64,000 nt of DNA from Octopus vulgaris (taxonomy: Eukaryota): contig OX597815.1 in assembly GCA_951406725.2 (NCBI GenBank), positions 73,222,001 through 73,286,000 on the forward strand, written 5' to 3'. A model generated the notes under the pieces. That model saw nothing but the letters and a program-made list of their open reading frames with translations. It was not told where the DNA came from and did not search any database. This document shows, piece by piece, positions 42,932 to 55,091 of this stretch. The translations under genes and the position numbers were made by a program. Position 1 is the first letter of the stretch; each line of letters starts with the position of its first letter.

Positions 42932-43313
42932 TGTGTGTGTTGTGTGTGTGTGTGTATGCATGTATCAGTTTAAATCTTGTCAAATACGTAAAATATGCTC
43001 ACTGAAGAGGTTAAATATGATAACATATCCGTTAATTTCAAGGTATGATCCAATCCTTTTGTACTCTAAGCAGAAGGCCCGACATTTTAGGGGCGGGGGC
43101 CAGTTGATTAGATCGACTTCAGTACGCAACTGTTACTTAAATTATCGACCCGAAAGGATGAAAAGCAAAGTCGACCGCAGCGGAATTTGAACTCAGAACG
43201 TAAAGAAACCCAAAATACCAGTTGCGTATTACAGTCGATCTGATCGACTGGCCCTTCCCCAAACAATTTCGGGCCTTGTTCCTAGAGTAGAAAATAATAT
43301 TTTGAACAACCAA

Positions 43314-44090
43314 GGCGGCGAGCTGGCAGAAACGTTAGCACGCCGGGCGAAATGCTTAGCAGTATTTCGTCTGCCGCTACGTTCTGAGTTCAAATTCCGC
43401 CGAGGTCGACCTTGCCTTTGATCCTTTCGGGATCGATTAAATAAGTACTAGCTACGCACTGGGGTCGATGTAATCGACTTAATCTGTTTGTCCTTGTTTG
43501 TCCTCTCTGTGTATAGCCCCTTGTGGGTAGTAAAGAAATAGAAATAGGTATTTCGTCTGCCGCTACGTTCTGAGTTCAAATTCCACCGAGGTCGACTTTG
43601 CCTTTGATCCTTTCGGGGTCGGTAAATTAAGTACCAGTTACGTACTGGGGTCGATGTAATCGACTTAATCTGTTTGTCTGTCATTGTTTGTTCCCTCTGT
43701 GTGTAGCCTCTTGTGGGTAGTAAAGAAATAGAAATAGGTATTTCGTCTGCCGTTACGTTCTGTGTTCAAATTTCGCCGAAGTCGACTTTGCCTTTGATCC
43801 TTTCGGGACGGTAAATTAAGTACCAGTTACGTACTGGGGTCGATATAATCGACTTAATCCGTTTGTCTATCCTTGTTTGTCCTCTCTGTGTTTAGCCCCT
43901 TGTGGGTAGTAAAGAAATAGGTATTACGTCCGTCCCATCGTTCTGAGTTCAAATTCCGTCGAGATCGACTTTACCTTTCATCATTTCGGGGTGGATAAAT
44001 TGAGTACCTGTTGTGTACTGAAGTCGATCTAATCGACTGTACCCCTCCCAAAAAATTTCGAGCCTTGTGCCTAGAGTAGAAAAGAATATT
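43314..44090 (+). mobile_element. SINE B tandem array (head + 3 new-tail units + old-tail unit)
   Basis: Junctions at 43546/7, 43736/7, 43919/20; flanking repeat tattttg(a/g)acaacc at 43298-43311 / 44087-44100. Confidence 0.92.
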
Positions 44091-44193
44091 TTGGACAACC
44101 TTATATTTTGGTTGTAGATTAATTTCACTGATTCGAGCTTTCTAACATTTCTTATATTGAAGCTTACTCATACAACGTTGTATGGCTTACCGT

Positions 44194-44580
44194 GTGGAGG
44201 CGCAATGGCCCAGTGGTTAGGGCAGCGGACTCGCGGTCATAGGATCGCGGTTTCGATTCCCTGACCGGGCGTTGTGAGTGTTTATTGAGCGAAAACACCT
44301 AAAGCTCCACGAGGCTCCGGCAGGGGATGGTGGTGATCCCTGCTGTACTCTTTCACCACAACTTTCTCTCACTCTTACTTCCTGTTTCTGTTGTACCTGT
44401 ATTTCAAAGGGCCGGCCTTGTCACTCTCTGTGTCACGCTGAATATCCCCGAGAACTACGTTAAGGGTACACGTGTCTGTGGAGTGCTCAGCTACTTACAC
44501 GTTAATTTCACGAGCAGGCTGTTCCGTTGATTCGGATCAACCGGAACCCTCGTCGTCGTAACCGACGGAGTGCTTCCACA
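44194..44580 (+). mobile_element. Full-length SINE family C
   Basis: A box tggcccagtggttagg, B box ggtttcgattcc; perfect 12-bp TSD atggcttaccgt (44182-44193, 44581-44592). Confidence 0.92.
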
Positions 44581-45164
44581 ATGGCTTACCGTAGTAAGCA
44601 GTAGCAGTACTAAGTCATATATATGTGAAAATTCGTAGCGTGTCGAATCACGGTTTCGGTTCTCGGTAGTCAGCCATTTCATTTCACCCATATATAACCG
44701 AGAACTACACCGTCGCCGCATAATCTCATTGATCCCTCCTCAATCCCCACTCCCAGCCGACGTCACCCGCCTTTATTAATCTAAAGTCTTATGCTTATAT
44801 TACAAATCGATATATTAATATTTTATCTCAAACGCATACATGCTCACTAACACACAAAATTCTGCACACACATACACATGCACACACACATACACATGCA
44901 CACACACATACACATGCACACACACACCTAAACACATGGGCATAAACAAACGTATACTTGCACGCGCACACACGCACGTACGCACGCAAATGTATGAATT
45001 ACTAAAATATGAAATTCATGACCAAAAAAAAAAAAACCAAAAAATGATAATAATAAAAATAGAATAGTTCGCTTTGAAGAACGAAACCTGCTGACCAAAA
45101 AAAAAAAAAAAAAAGCCAAATCCAACCTCAGAACATTTTAGTGAACTATTTCTGAGAGATAACT

Positions 45165-45223
45165 GTAATAACAACAACAACAACAACAAAAAGCAACAGC
45201 AACAGCAGCAACAACAGCATTAT

Positions 45224-45257
<34 letters not shown>

Positions 45258-45270
45258 TGTGGTGGTGGTG

Positions 45271-45314
<44 letters not shown>

Positions 45315-45324
45315 TGTGGTGGTG

Positions 45325-45379
<55 letters not shown>

Positions 45380-45411
45380 AAGAAGAAGAAGAAGTAGAAG
45401 AAGTAGTAGTA

Positions 45412-45482
<71 letters not shown>
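45165..45482. repeat. Compound trinucleotide microsatellite (CAA/TAG/TGG/GAA/TAA)
   Basis: Directly visible. Confidence 0.95.
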
Positions 45483-45484
<2 letters not shown>

Positions 45485-45722
45485 AATACTCTACAGGAAT
45501 TAGTAGTTGATTAGCAACACAATTACAGAATTTGTTCTGATGTTAGTAGCTCGGTTGAAAATGTTTGTAAAGATATAACGTTTATGGTTTGGCTTTATCT
45601 TTTTAAAATCTAACCTGTTTCCATAAAACTATATGTTCTCACCAACATTATTATTCTCTTCAAGTATGGCACGATCAAAGAAATGGAGATACACCGTTTT
45701 TGTGATATATGTATATGCAATA

Positions 45723-45753
<31 letters not shown>

Positions 45754-45791
45754 ATGTATGTATGTATGTATGTGCGTATGTATATGCAATA

Positions 45792-45822
<31 letters not shown>

Positions 45823-46059
45823 ATGTATGTATGTATGTGCGTATGTTTTTAAGTATATAAGAACATATATTCATATACATGTATACATAAACACTCACTT
45901 GTACATGTATATATATGTATCCGCATGTATATACACACACACACACACACATATATATATACATGTATGTACGTGCGTATATGTATGTACATGTTTATAC
46001 ACACACACACATATATATATATACAAATATACGCACATATATATACGTGTAGTATAAGC

Positions 46060-46454
46060 ATCTATCTATATAGATATATATATAGATATATATATATATA
46101 ATATATCTATAATATATATGTATATAGTATATATAGTATATATATAATACATATCTAAAATATATATGTATATAGTATATATATATATAATACATATCTA
46201 AAATATATATGTATATAGTATATATATATAATACATATCTAAAATATATATGTATATAGTATATATATAATACATATCTAAAATATATATGTATATAGTA
46301 TATATATATATAATACATATCTAAAATATATATGTATATAGTATATATATATATAATACATATCTAAAATATATATGTATATAGTATATATATAATACAT
46401 ATCTAAAATATATATGTATATAGTATATATATATATATATATATATATATCTAA

Positions 46455-46470
<16 letters not shown>
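46060..46470. repeat. AT-rich minisatellite (~36-42 bp tataatacatatctaaaatatatatgtatatagta...)
   Basis: About eight tandem units. Confidence 0.9.
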
Positions 46471-46513
<43 letters not shown>

Positions 46514-46605
46514 GGACATATGTGCTTGTTTTTGTATGTATACATATTTATTTATATAGACACTCACACGAACGCACGCGCACACCTACGCTCGCGCACA
46601 CACAG

Positions 46606-46654
<49 letters not shown>

Positions 46655-46938
46655 CATATATAAATATATATTTATATATATATTAGGGTGTATATATCTA
46701 CGTCTATAAAATAATGTCTACATGAATAGTTGACGCTTATAGAAAAGTTTGAATTGTAAAAAAGTATTCAGTGAAAAGTTTGAATTGTGTAGGGTGTTTT
46801 TTTTTATTGCTTGTTTTTCTTTTTTTAAATATAAATAAATATTTATTCCATTTTCTCTTTCATTTTTCTGCACCATCACCACCGCCATGACCATCGCCAT
46901 TGTCGTTGTTGTCTTCGTCGCTGTAGTCGTCATCTTTC

Positions 46939-46969
<31 letters not shown>

Positions 46970-47399
46970 TCATCATTAACATCTTTGTCGTCGTCCTCCT
47001 CCTCATTGACATCATCATCGGAATACCTTCATTACTAATACGCCCACCATATGCAATCATAATGTTCATGACTAATACCATTATCGTTGTTGTCTTCGTG
47101 GTCGTCGAGGTGGTGACCACCATCATTGACTTCATCAACATCATCGTCGTCGTCGTTGTTGTCGTCATCGTTGTTGTCGTCATCGTCTCTGTCGATGTTG
47201 TCGTTGTCATCCACATCTTTATGACGTCCTCACCGTCGTTGTCGAGGTCGATGTTATCTCAGCAACATGAATTCAAATTCCGAAGACTTTCTGGATGCTG
47301 TCTCTTGGAATGTATGCCACCCGGGGCGATCTTTCAGTTTGCCGCCGCCGGAGACCCTCCAAAAGACCATATTGCCCATAGCAGACCCAAAAGTGGTGC

Positions 47400-47964
47400 A
47401 GTATCCAGAAAAGTGCTGTCCGGGTCGGACCGCCCCATCCAGCTACGCTAGTGTACTTGAACTTACAAAAAATGATTTATTCACTGCACCTACTCCCAAA
47501 TTTAGGTCAAGGTTTTCCCAGGTTTGATCTCATATCCTTTGTCACCCTTCCCAAGGCTCCCGTAATAATCGGCAACAGCATCACCTTGTTAATTCCTCAG
47601 TTACAGCATCTGAGGATTTCAAGCTTCAAACCGATATGTTATTCAACCTTTGTTTCTCCTTTCCTTTCACTCTGGCATCAAATCGGCATCCCATGTCGAT
47701 TACAATATATATTTCTTTACTATCCACAAGGGGCTAAACATAGAGGGGACAAACAAGGACAGACAAACGGATTAAGTCGATTACATCGACCCCAGTGCGA
47801 AATTGGTACTTTATTTATCGACCCCGAAAGGATGAAAGGCAAAGTCTACCTCGGCAGAATTTGAACTCAGAACGTAACGTCAGACGAACTACCGCTAAGC
47901 ATTTCGCCCGGCGCGCTAACGTTTCTGCCAGCTCGCCATTGTCGATTACAATATATACTTTCTC

Positions 47965-48063
<99 letters not shown>

Positions 48064-48950
48064 ACCGGTCTGTCGAGATCTTTTCTTTGTTAAATAAGTC
48101 CCACGACAACCTTACTTCATCGTTTTCAAATGTTGCATTTCCATTCCCACAAAATGGTTATAGCTTCTTTTACCTATTCACACAGAATCAAATTTCCTGC
48201 AAAAATTCCAGTGAACTATTACAGCAATTTTATGCCTACAGTTTTTTTTTTAGAGTTTTTTTTAGTTTTTTTATTATTTTTTGTTTGTAATCTTAATCTG
48301 AGCTAACTGTAGACATTCCGCTACATTGAGAGCTATGGTTTCATCTGAATCATCACACATTCTACATTTAAGTTAATATCCCTGTTGATGTATCGTTCTC
48401 TTGATTCAATTTACTCTTAGCACCAATTTCTGTGCTGCGAACGTTATTCCCTCAGCTTTCTTTTTCACTTCTTTCTTTATCCATAACCAGCTGTCCTTGA
48501 CATCTCTTACCTTATGCGCTTTCGAAAACCACAAATTGAAATTTCTTTCCTTTAAAGTTTGATTTCTTTACCACATTTTCCAGCTTTCTCTTTTAGGTTC
48601 TGCGCATTTTGTAAGTAAACGCTCGCTTATTATCTCCTTAAGGAGTGTAGGGCTAGGTTGTACGCTTTAATCAATTCACTCAATGCAAACATTTTTCAAT
48701 CTCTTTCAGCAATTCTTTAAGATCATCTGGTCAATTATTAATAGATCCCGCCATCCTGCTCTTTTCTCGACACCCGAAGAGGTATATTGAAGTCGAGCAG
48801 TGTAGTTCTCTTACCTCTCTTAATATTTTTACTTCTCTTGGCGTATTTATCTTCATTGTACACTTCTTTCAGTACTGTTTTTTCCGCTTTTTTGAAATTT
48901 GTTCTCTCACTTGTTTGATTGTGTATTATTTGTTTATTTGTCTCCTCTTT
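47400..48950 (-). mobile_element. Decayed R4/Dong-like (restriction-like endonuclease) LINE
   Basis: - strand ENDEVRLSWD...DRP, IDMGCRFDARVKGKEK and PIITGALGRVTKD resemble the REL C-terminal domain; interrupted by a SINE and (TAC)n. Confidence 0.6.
47710..47937 (-). mobile_element. Full-length new-tail SINE B
   Basis: ~17-bp TSD tgtcgattacaatatat on both sides. Confidence 0.92.
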
Positions 48951-49066
48951 GCCTCATAATCTTACTCGTCTTATTTGAGGGGATTTTTTTATTTATATCC
49001 TTACACCTACACAGAACAAATAGTTATAACTTCGCAGAATGGCCATTACAACTATATATAATATAT

Positions 49067-49190
49067 ATATTTCTTTACTACCCACAAGGGGCTAAACACA
49101 GAGGGGACAAACAAGGACAGACAAAGGGATTTAGTCGATTACATCGACCCCAGTGCGTAACTGGTACTTAATTTATCGACCCCGAAACTT
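49067..49190 (-). mobile_element. 5'-truncated new-tail SINE B
   Basis: ~19-bp TSD caactatatataatatata. Confidence 0.88.
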
Positions 49191-49243
49191 CAACTATATA
49201 TAATATATAAAGACCAAACTATTTGACTTTAGAAGCCCTAATT

Positions 49244-49885
49244 GGATCTTAACCTCTTGACCTACAGATTTAAAAATTAATTTTGTGTAACTAAACACTT
49301 TCAAACTTCGGACACTGGTAGAATGTGTCGTATAACAAATCTTTTTGAGAAAAAACTTATATTTACCAAGTTATTTCACGTTAAAGTTATCCTATTTCGT
49401 TAATTTCAACCAATCAATGACGTGTATTCAGCTGAAGAAAATTACTGCTATTGTTTGTCAACAAGAACTTCCGGTGGTGTATTTTTCATTTGTCACTGTT
49501 ATTTATGATAACCCTAACCCTAAAATCCTAACCCTAACCCTAACCCTAACCCTAAAACCCTAACCTTAACCCTAAAACCTTAAATCCAGCACAAACGCAC
49601 AAACGATGTCATAAATAACAGTGACAAACAAAATATACACCGCCGATAGTTGCTGTTAACAAACAACAGCAATAATTTTATTCAGCTGAATACACGTCAT
49701 TGATTGGTTGAAATTACCGAAATACGAGAACTTTAACGTGAAATAACTTCGTAAATAAGTTTTTCTCAAAGATGCTAAGAGTAAAATATGTTTTATATGA
49801 CACATTCTACCAGTGTCCGAAGTTTGAAAGTGTTTAGTTACAAAAAATTATTTTTTTAAATTTGTAAGTCAAAAGGTAAAGATCC
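49244..49885. mobile_element. Long-TIR MITE with a central telomere-like (TAACCC)n tract
   Basis: ~270-bp TIRs starting GGATCTT; 8-bp TSD ccctaatt / tcctaatt; core at 49509-49583. Confidence 0.88.
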
Positions 49886-50588
49886 TCCTAATTTTTAATC
49901 AACAAAACAACAAACAGGCCCGTACTAGCTTAACTTGAAACATGTATCTATCGCTTATCAGACCATTATAATAAATTACCGATTACTCTTCAGAATGCCT
50001 GCACGTTTATACTCGCAAGTTAGCTACATTAAATGTGCATCTCCTCTTTAACTGCACTGATTTATATTTAAAAACATCTAATTTGCTTCACAGTTTTTTG
50101 TCTATCGCTTAGCGCTCACAGGACGGGTCAAGAAGCTACTTCAACACAAAAGTGTCATATCTCAATTCGGGGTTCAAATTCCATCAGACTGTTTATTATT
50201 CTTTAATCTCAAAGTCTCAAAGTGGTGCTTTATATCAAAATCTTAATTGTCAGTTTATATGTACATTATATACATTTATATATATTGTTAATATCACTTA
50301 ACGTATGTGTGTTGTATAAACGACAGGAGCTGGAGTTTTTCGTCCAAGGGACATACTTTTAGAGACGTATTAAAAAAGAAAACAGTATACTTCGGATCTA
50401 GGCGAAAGAAAAATGTTTGTTTTTTTTTATGTGGAGCTGTAATAAACACAATTTAACATTAAACAGAATTACTTGACACTTTTTGTAGAGTACATTTTTT
50501 ATATACTTTTACAAGAGTGGAAATAGTAATTTTGAACTTTCGATCTGCAAACCCCCGTTGAACTAAATGTGCGTGCGTGTGTGTGTAT

Positions 50589-50641
<53 letters not shown>

Positions 50642-50997
50642 TGTGTGTGCGCGTGCGCATATGTTCCTTATGCATTCGAAAACTGAGTTGCCGAGTTTGA
50701 GGTATGGGGTTTCAAAAGATTCAGTAATCTTTCGGCTTCCAAATAAACTTTATTTTCATTTACATATTTTCTACGTTATCTCAAGAAACAAGTTATAGTT
50801 ATTTGAAAGACACTGCTCTACAATGACCAGGTCTCATTAGTAAGTGAAAATAGATTCACACTTTCAACTTGAGCCAAAATTATAAAGTGTTGCCTTACGA
50901 GAGTGATGATGTTTCAATAATGAAAGTAATGTTTCTCTGAATTAGTCACAGCTGTACTGTAATAAAGAAAGCTGCTTATCATCAATTTATATATATA

Positions 50998-53900
50998 CTA
51001 GTTGACGTATCTGGTAATTCCCGGAAAAACAGAGCTTATCCCTTGATTCTGTTCTCATAATTGTTTCGCTAATCCAATAACAGCAATAAAAAGTATGTAA
51101 CTCTTAAAACGACTTTTGTGCATTTACAGAGAATACCGAACTATCTTATACAGGATCTTGTTTTTAGGAATTCTCAATAAGTTATGAATACCCAAATCGT
51201 GAAGTCAGTTACATAATAGCATGAAATTAGTTACCCAATAGTAAGAATTCAAATAAAGTAGCCTCGAAAAGGGCTTTAATGCCTTCCCAGAGTATATAGA
51301 ACTTAGGAGGAAATACCAATAAGGTATATATACCAAAATCGTGAATCATGATATGTAATAACAGGCTAATCGGATATCAGATAAATAACTCTGGAAAGGG
51401 CTTTTGTCCGTTCCCAGATAATATAACCCTTAGGGGAGCTACTGTTGAAATAGATTTACAATGAATGCAGAAACAGACTGACATTTAGTTTTACAGTAGA
51501 CATACAAATAAATTTGCATATAGATTTTAAAATAAAATAATATGTAGATTATTAATACATTTACAACACTTATATTACAGTTAAATAATAAATACCTGAT
51601 GATTTGATGAATTTTATTAAGTTTGCAGAAGTTCTTGATAAACAGCATTTTTGGTCTTTCCTTGTGGGGCATAAATAAACAAATTATTATGATTGCCGAC
51701 TCTTGAGTATCCCACATAAAGCTGGCCATGAGAGAAAACTGGTTCAGACCTACCACGTTCAAAGACTGCCCCTGGACCTTGTTAATGCTCATTGCAAAGC
51801 TCAGTTTCAACGGGAATTGCAGGCGCTTGTACTGGAAAGGCATATCCGAAAGAATGAGTGGAATTCTAGGAATGAATACAGGCTCACCGCTTGCTTTACC
51901 AGTCAAGATTGCTGTCTCCAAGACTGCTGGCATTAGCTTCTTTATTATTAGTAGTGTGCCATTGCATAGCTTTGGTGGATCGAGATTTCGAAGCAGCATA
52001 ACTGGTGCCCTAATTCTGAGGTGTGAGGTGGGAGGCGAGGTTGTGTTAGACTATTCAAGAATTCAACTGGATAATTCACAGCTTCATCGATGTTGAGTAC
52101 ACGGTCAATGGAATTGTAGATGTGACGCTTACCTGGCGACTGTTCCAGAAGTTTAAAGTTCAAATCATCAACTGTCACATTCTTTGGAGCTAAAATGGCA
52201 CGGGTTTTCAGCCAGTTGTAATATTTACACTGATTCCTCAGGTTAGGAAACACCTTAGTTATTTGTTCCTTTAAATCAGATACCATATGTCCAAAAGGCA
52301 AGCTTACTCGGCCATCCTTCTCGCCAACCGAACGACGTCCAACAGTTGCTTTGAAAAGGTTCTGTCTGCATCATCACCAATGAGCTGCACTCTCATGTAG
52401 CTTGTGAGTCTTAGCTTTTGCACACTGCTCCATACGTAGGACGACTTTATGCTGGCATTTACCCCGTCAGCCCTTGTCTCCTTTGGAACCGCGGGAAGGA
52501 TTTATCTAAAGTCTCCTGCAAGCAAGATTATGGCACCTCTCATGAGCCTGGTGATGTGTCTCAGATCCTGAAGGGCCATGTGAAGAGCTTCAAAGGAAAC
52601 CTTATGGCTCATTGTCGCTTCATCCCAGATGATCAACCGACATTTACCCAGAGGTTTGCCTTCTATAGAACCACGACTGACGTTGCAGTTTACCTTCTCT
52701 TTCTTGAACACGTCCAAAGGGAGTTTGAAATAGGAATGAGCTGTGCGGCCACCACTTAGGAGAGTTTCAGTTATTCCATTGTTATGGCAATGTGTTTCAT
52801 TTGGCGCAATTTAGCCAGAAGAAGGTTGATGAAAATGTTTTGCCAGTTCCACCTGGGGCCTAAAGACCTCTTTCATTTTCAATGCTCAAAATAATGGTGT
52901 TATAAACACCCAGTTGGTCCTCCATCAGTTTGTGTTCTTTATCAGCTATATACGTCGTCATTTCCTCGATGTCATAGCTGATTTCTCGCAGGTACTCAAC
53001 TGCGAGATTGTTTGCTGACTGTTCCGGTTGAGGCAGACCAAATGTGGAATTACGTTGACCTCCCATAGCTTGCACTCGGGTGTTCAGGTCAAGTAATGCC
53101 TCATTGTAAATGGTGTTATTGAAGGTGGAAATTTCCGCTGAGGTTTGCCTTTGAATCTTTTGTAGGATGTCATCTGCTATGCTGTTATTGTGGGTCGCCC
53201 AAAGCTTGAGAGGTTCGCGCAAGCCACATGTCATCAACGTCATAGAAAATAGCTGGTGCAGCTGACTTAGTGCTGTGCTGACTGCTGCCTCTTCCAGTGT
53301 CTGGTCCCAGTGAGCATCGTCCTCCAGTAGTCCATGTTTGGCGCAGGCTTCTCTATATGTCGTGCAGACTTCCCTATTGTCTTCGAAAGTATGTGATTGG
53401 TGTAGGACCTCTGATAGTGTACAGCACTAGATGCAGAAAGAAGCACTCCTGCTGATTAGGGAGCACAGTGTACACCCGCTCGATGGCCTCACTTCTGAAG
53501 ACAGCATCTTATTCCCAGCCCTCAACGCGTGCTCCTTGCTTGCGTCTGTTCCATCTATTGTGTGCCCAGGTACCGTACATGGGGACCCCAATATACAACA
53601 GTGTTCGGGCAAACAGATCACATTGGCATAATTTGAAGAAAGCTGTCAAATTGGTTTCGAGCATTGTTTTCTGTAACATATACACGCTTGCCATTTTCAA
53701 GAAGTACAGAAAGATTTTAAGGTGTTCCTACATGTAAACAGGGCGTGGCCTTTGAGATGACAGTGTATTTGTCATTGACAGTACTTCATGCGGCGCTTGT
53801 CAATTGGCTGAAGTGACATTAAAGGCATCGTCATTCAGGGTATATTCGTGAATAAGTCACAAACCGAAATAAGTGGATCTATTGTTTAGGAAAATATTAT

Positions 53901-54244
53901 TTACTTGTTTAAGGGTTGTATTGGATAAATTGTGAAAATATAGCAGTTCAAATATTAAGAAATAAACATATTCAACTTGATTTATACCAAATAATACAGG
54001 AAAATGAATGGGTTATTTCCCTTGGCTGTTAAAATAAAATATATTAGTTATATATGTGGATCCCTTCCAGGAGCCCTAGCCATCCAATTATAGATTTTTA
54101 TTAAACTTCAATGAGCTTAGTAACAAACTGGATGTTACTTTAGCATGTTTGCAAAGTTTCACGAAAGTTCGTTAACGGGTGTAGACGGCAACTTGATACA
54201 AACTGACAAAGAAACAAACAACTTACTTTTATGCACGTATAAGA
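50998..54244 (-). mobile_element. Internally deleted Helitron with both termini
   Basis: 5' TC at 54244-54243, 3' CTAG at 51001-50998 preceded by an imperfect hairpin; A|T insertion site; RepHel remnants inside. Confidence 0.85.
51620..53750 (-). pseudogene. Helitron RepHel PIF1-like helicase pseudogene
   Basis: APGGTGK (Walker A, ~52840-52860), LIIWDEATMSHK, LLAGDFR, RAILAPKN, MLLRNLDPPKLCNGT, RLQFPLKLSFAMSINKVQGQSL; multiple frameshifts. Confidence 0.95.
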
Positions 54245-54246
54245 TA

Positions 54247-55091
54247 TTGGGTCATCCCATAAGTAATACGGTTGTTTTAAATTGCGTAAACTAAAAGTCG
54301 GAGGGGGACAGGGCAAACTACCTGCATCAGCTTTCTATAAAAGCAGGTAATAATTTTACCTTGTCCTTATTCTTAGTGCAAGTTTTGAAGAGTGAAGTTC
54401 GATTTTAACAGTTATTTTGTGAAAGCTATCATGGAAGTGACGAAAGAGCATATTCGGCATATTTTGCTTTATGAGTTCAATAAAGGCAACAACACAACGA
54501 AAAGTGCGAGGAATATTAATGCAGTATATGGGGATCGGATAATAAGCGTAAGCCAGTCTCAACTGTCGTTCCAGAAATTCGCTCGACGAAGACGTCCTAC
54601 AAACCCTGGTGGAACAAAATCAACAAAACTGATGAGGAAATAGCAGAGAAACCTGGATTTGGTCATTCAACCAGTCATTCAAGTTAGCGCGAGAAGAAAA
54701 ACGACCATCTTTGCTTTCAAGACGAAAGGTGTTCTTCCATCAGGATAATGCTCGGCCACATACAGCGAGGATGGCGTTCCAAAGGCTGGAGCGGTTTGAA
54801 AGGGAAACGATGCTCCACCAATCACATTCGCCGGACATTGCCCCATCTGATTATCATTTATTTTGCAGTCTTCAAAATCATTTGGTCGGAAAAAATATGA
54901 ATTCTGTAGACGAGGTCAGAACAGCACTGGAGGTGCATTTTTCGTCATGGACAAGTGAATTTTGGAAGAGGGGCCTTGCAAGTCTACCAGATAGATGGAA
55001 GACCATTGTAGAAAATGAAGGAGAGTAAAAAGGAACTTTGTTTATCTTAATTTTGAAAAATAAAACATTTAAAAAACCGCATTATTTATGG
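54247..55091 (+). mobile_element. Internally deleted mariner
   Basis: TA + TIR ttgggtcatcccataagtaatacggtt / aaccgcattatttatgg; MEVTKEHIRHILLYEFNKG, FHQDNARPHTA, SPDIAPSDYHLF. Confidence 0.93.

Noticed and set aside
44194-44275. tRNA-like sequence
   Set aside because: Head of a TSD-flanked SINE; no proper acceptor stem
49509-49583. True telomere or chromosome fusion site
   Set aside because: Short, degenerate and enclosed within MITE TIRs
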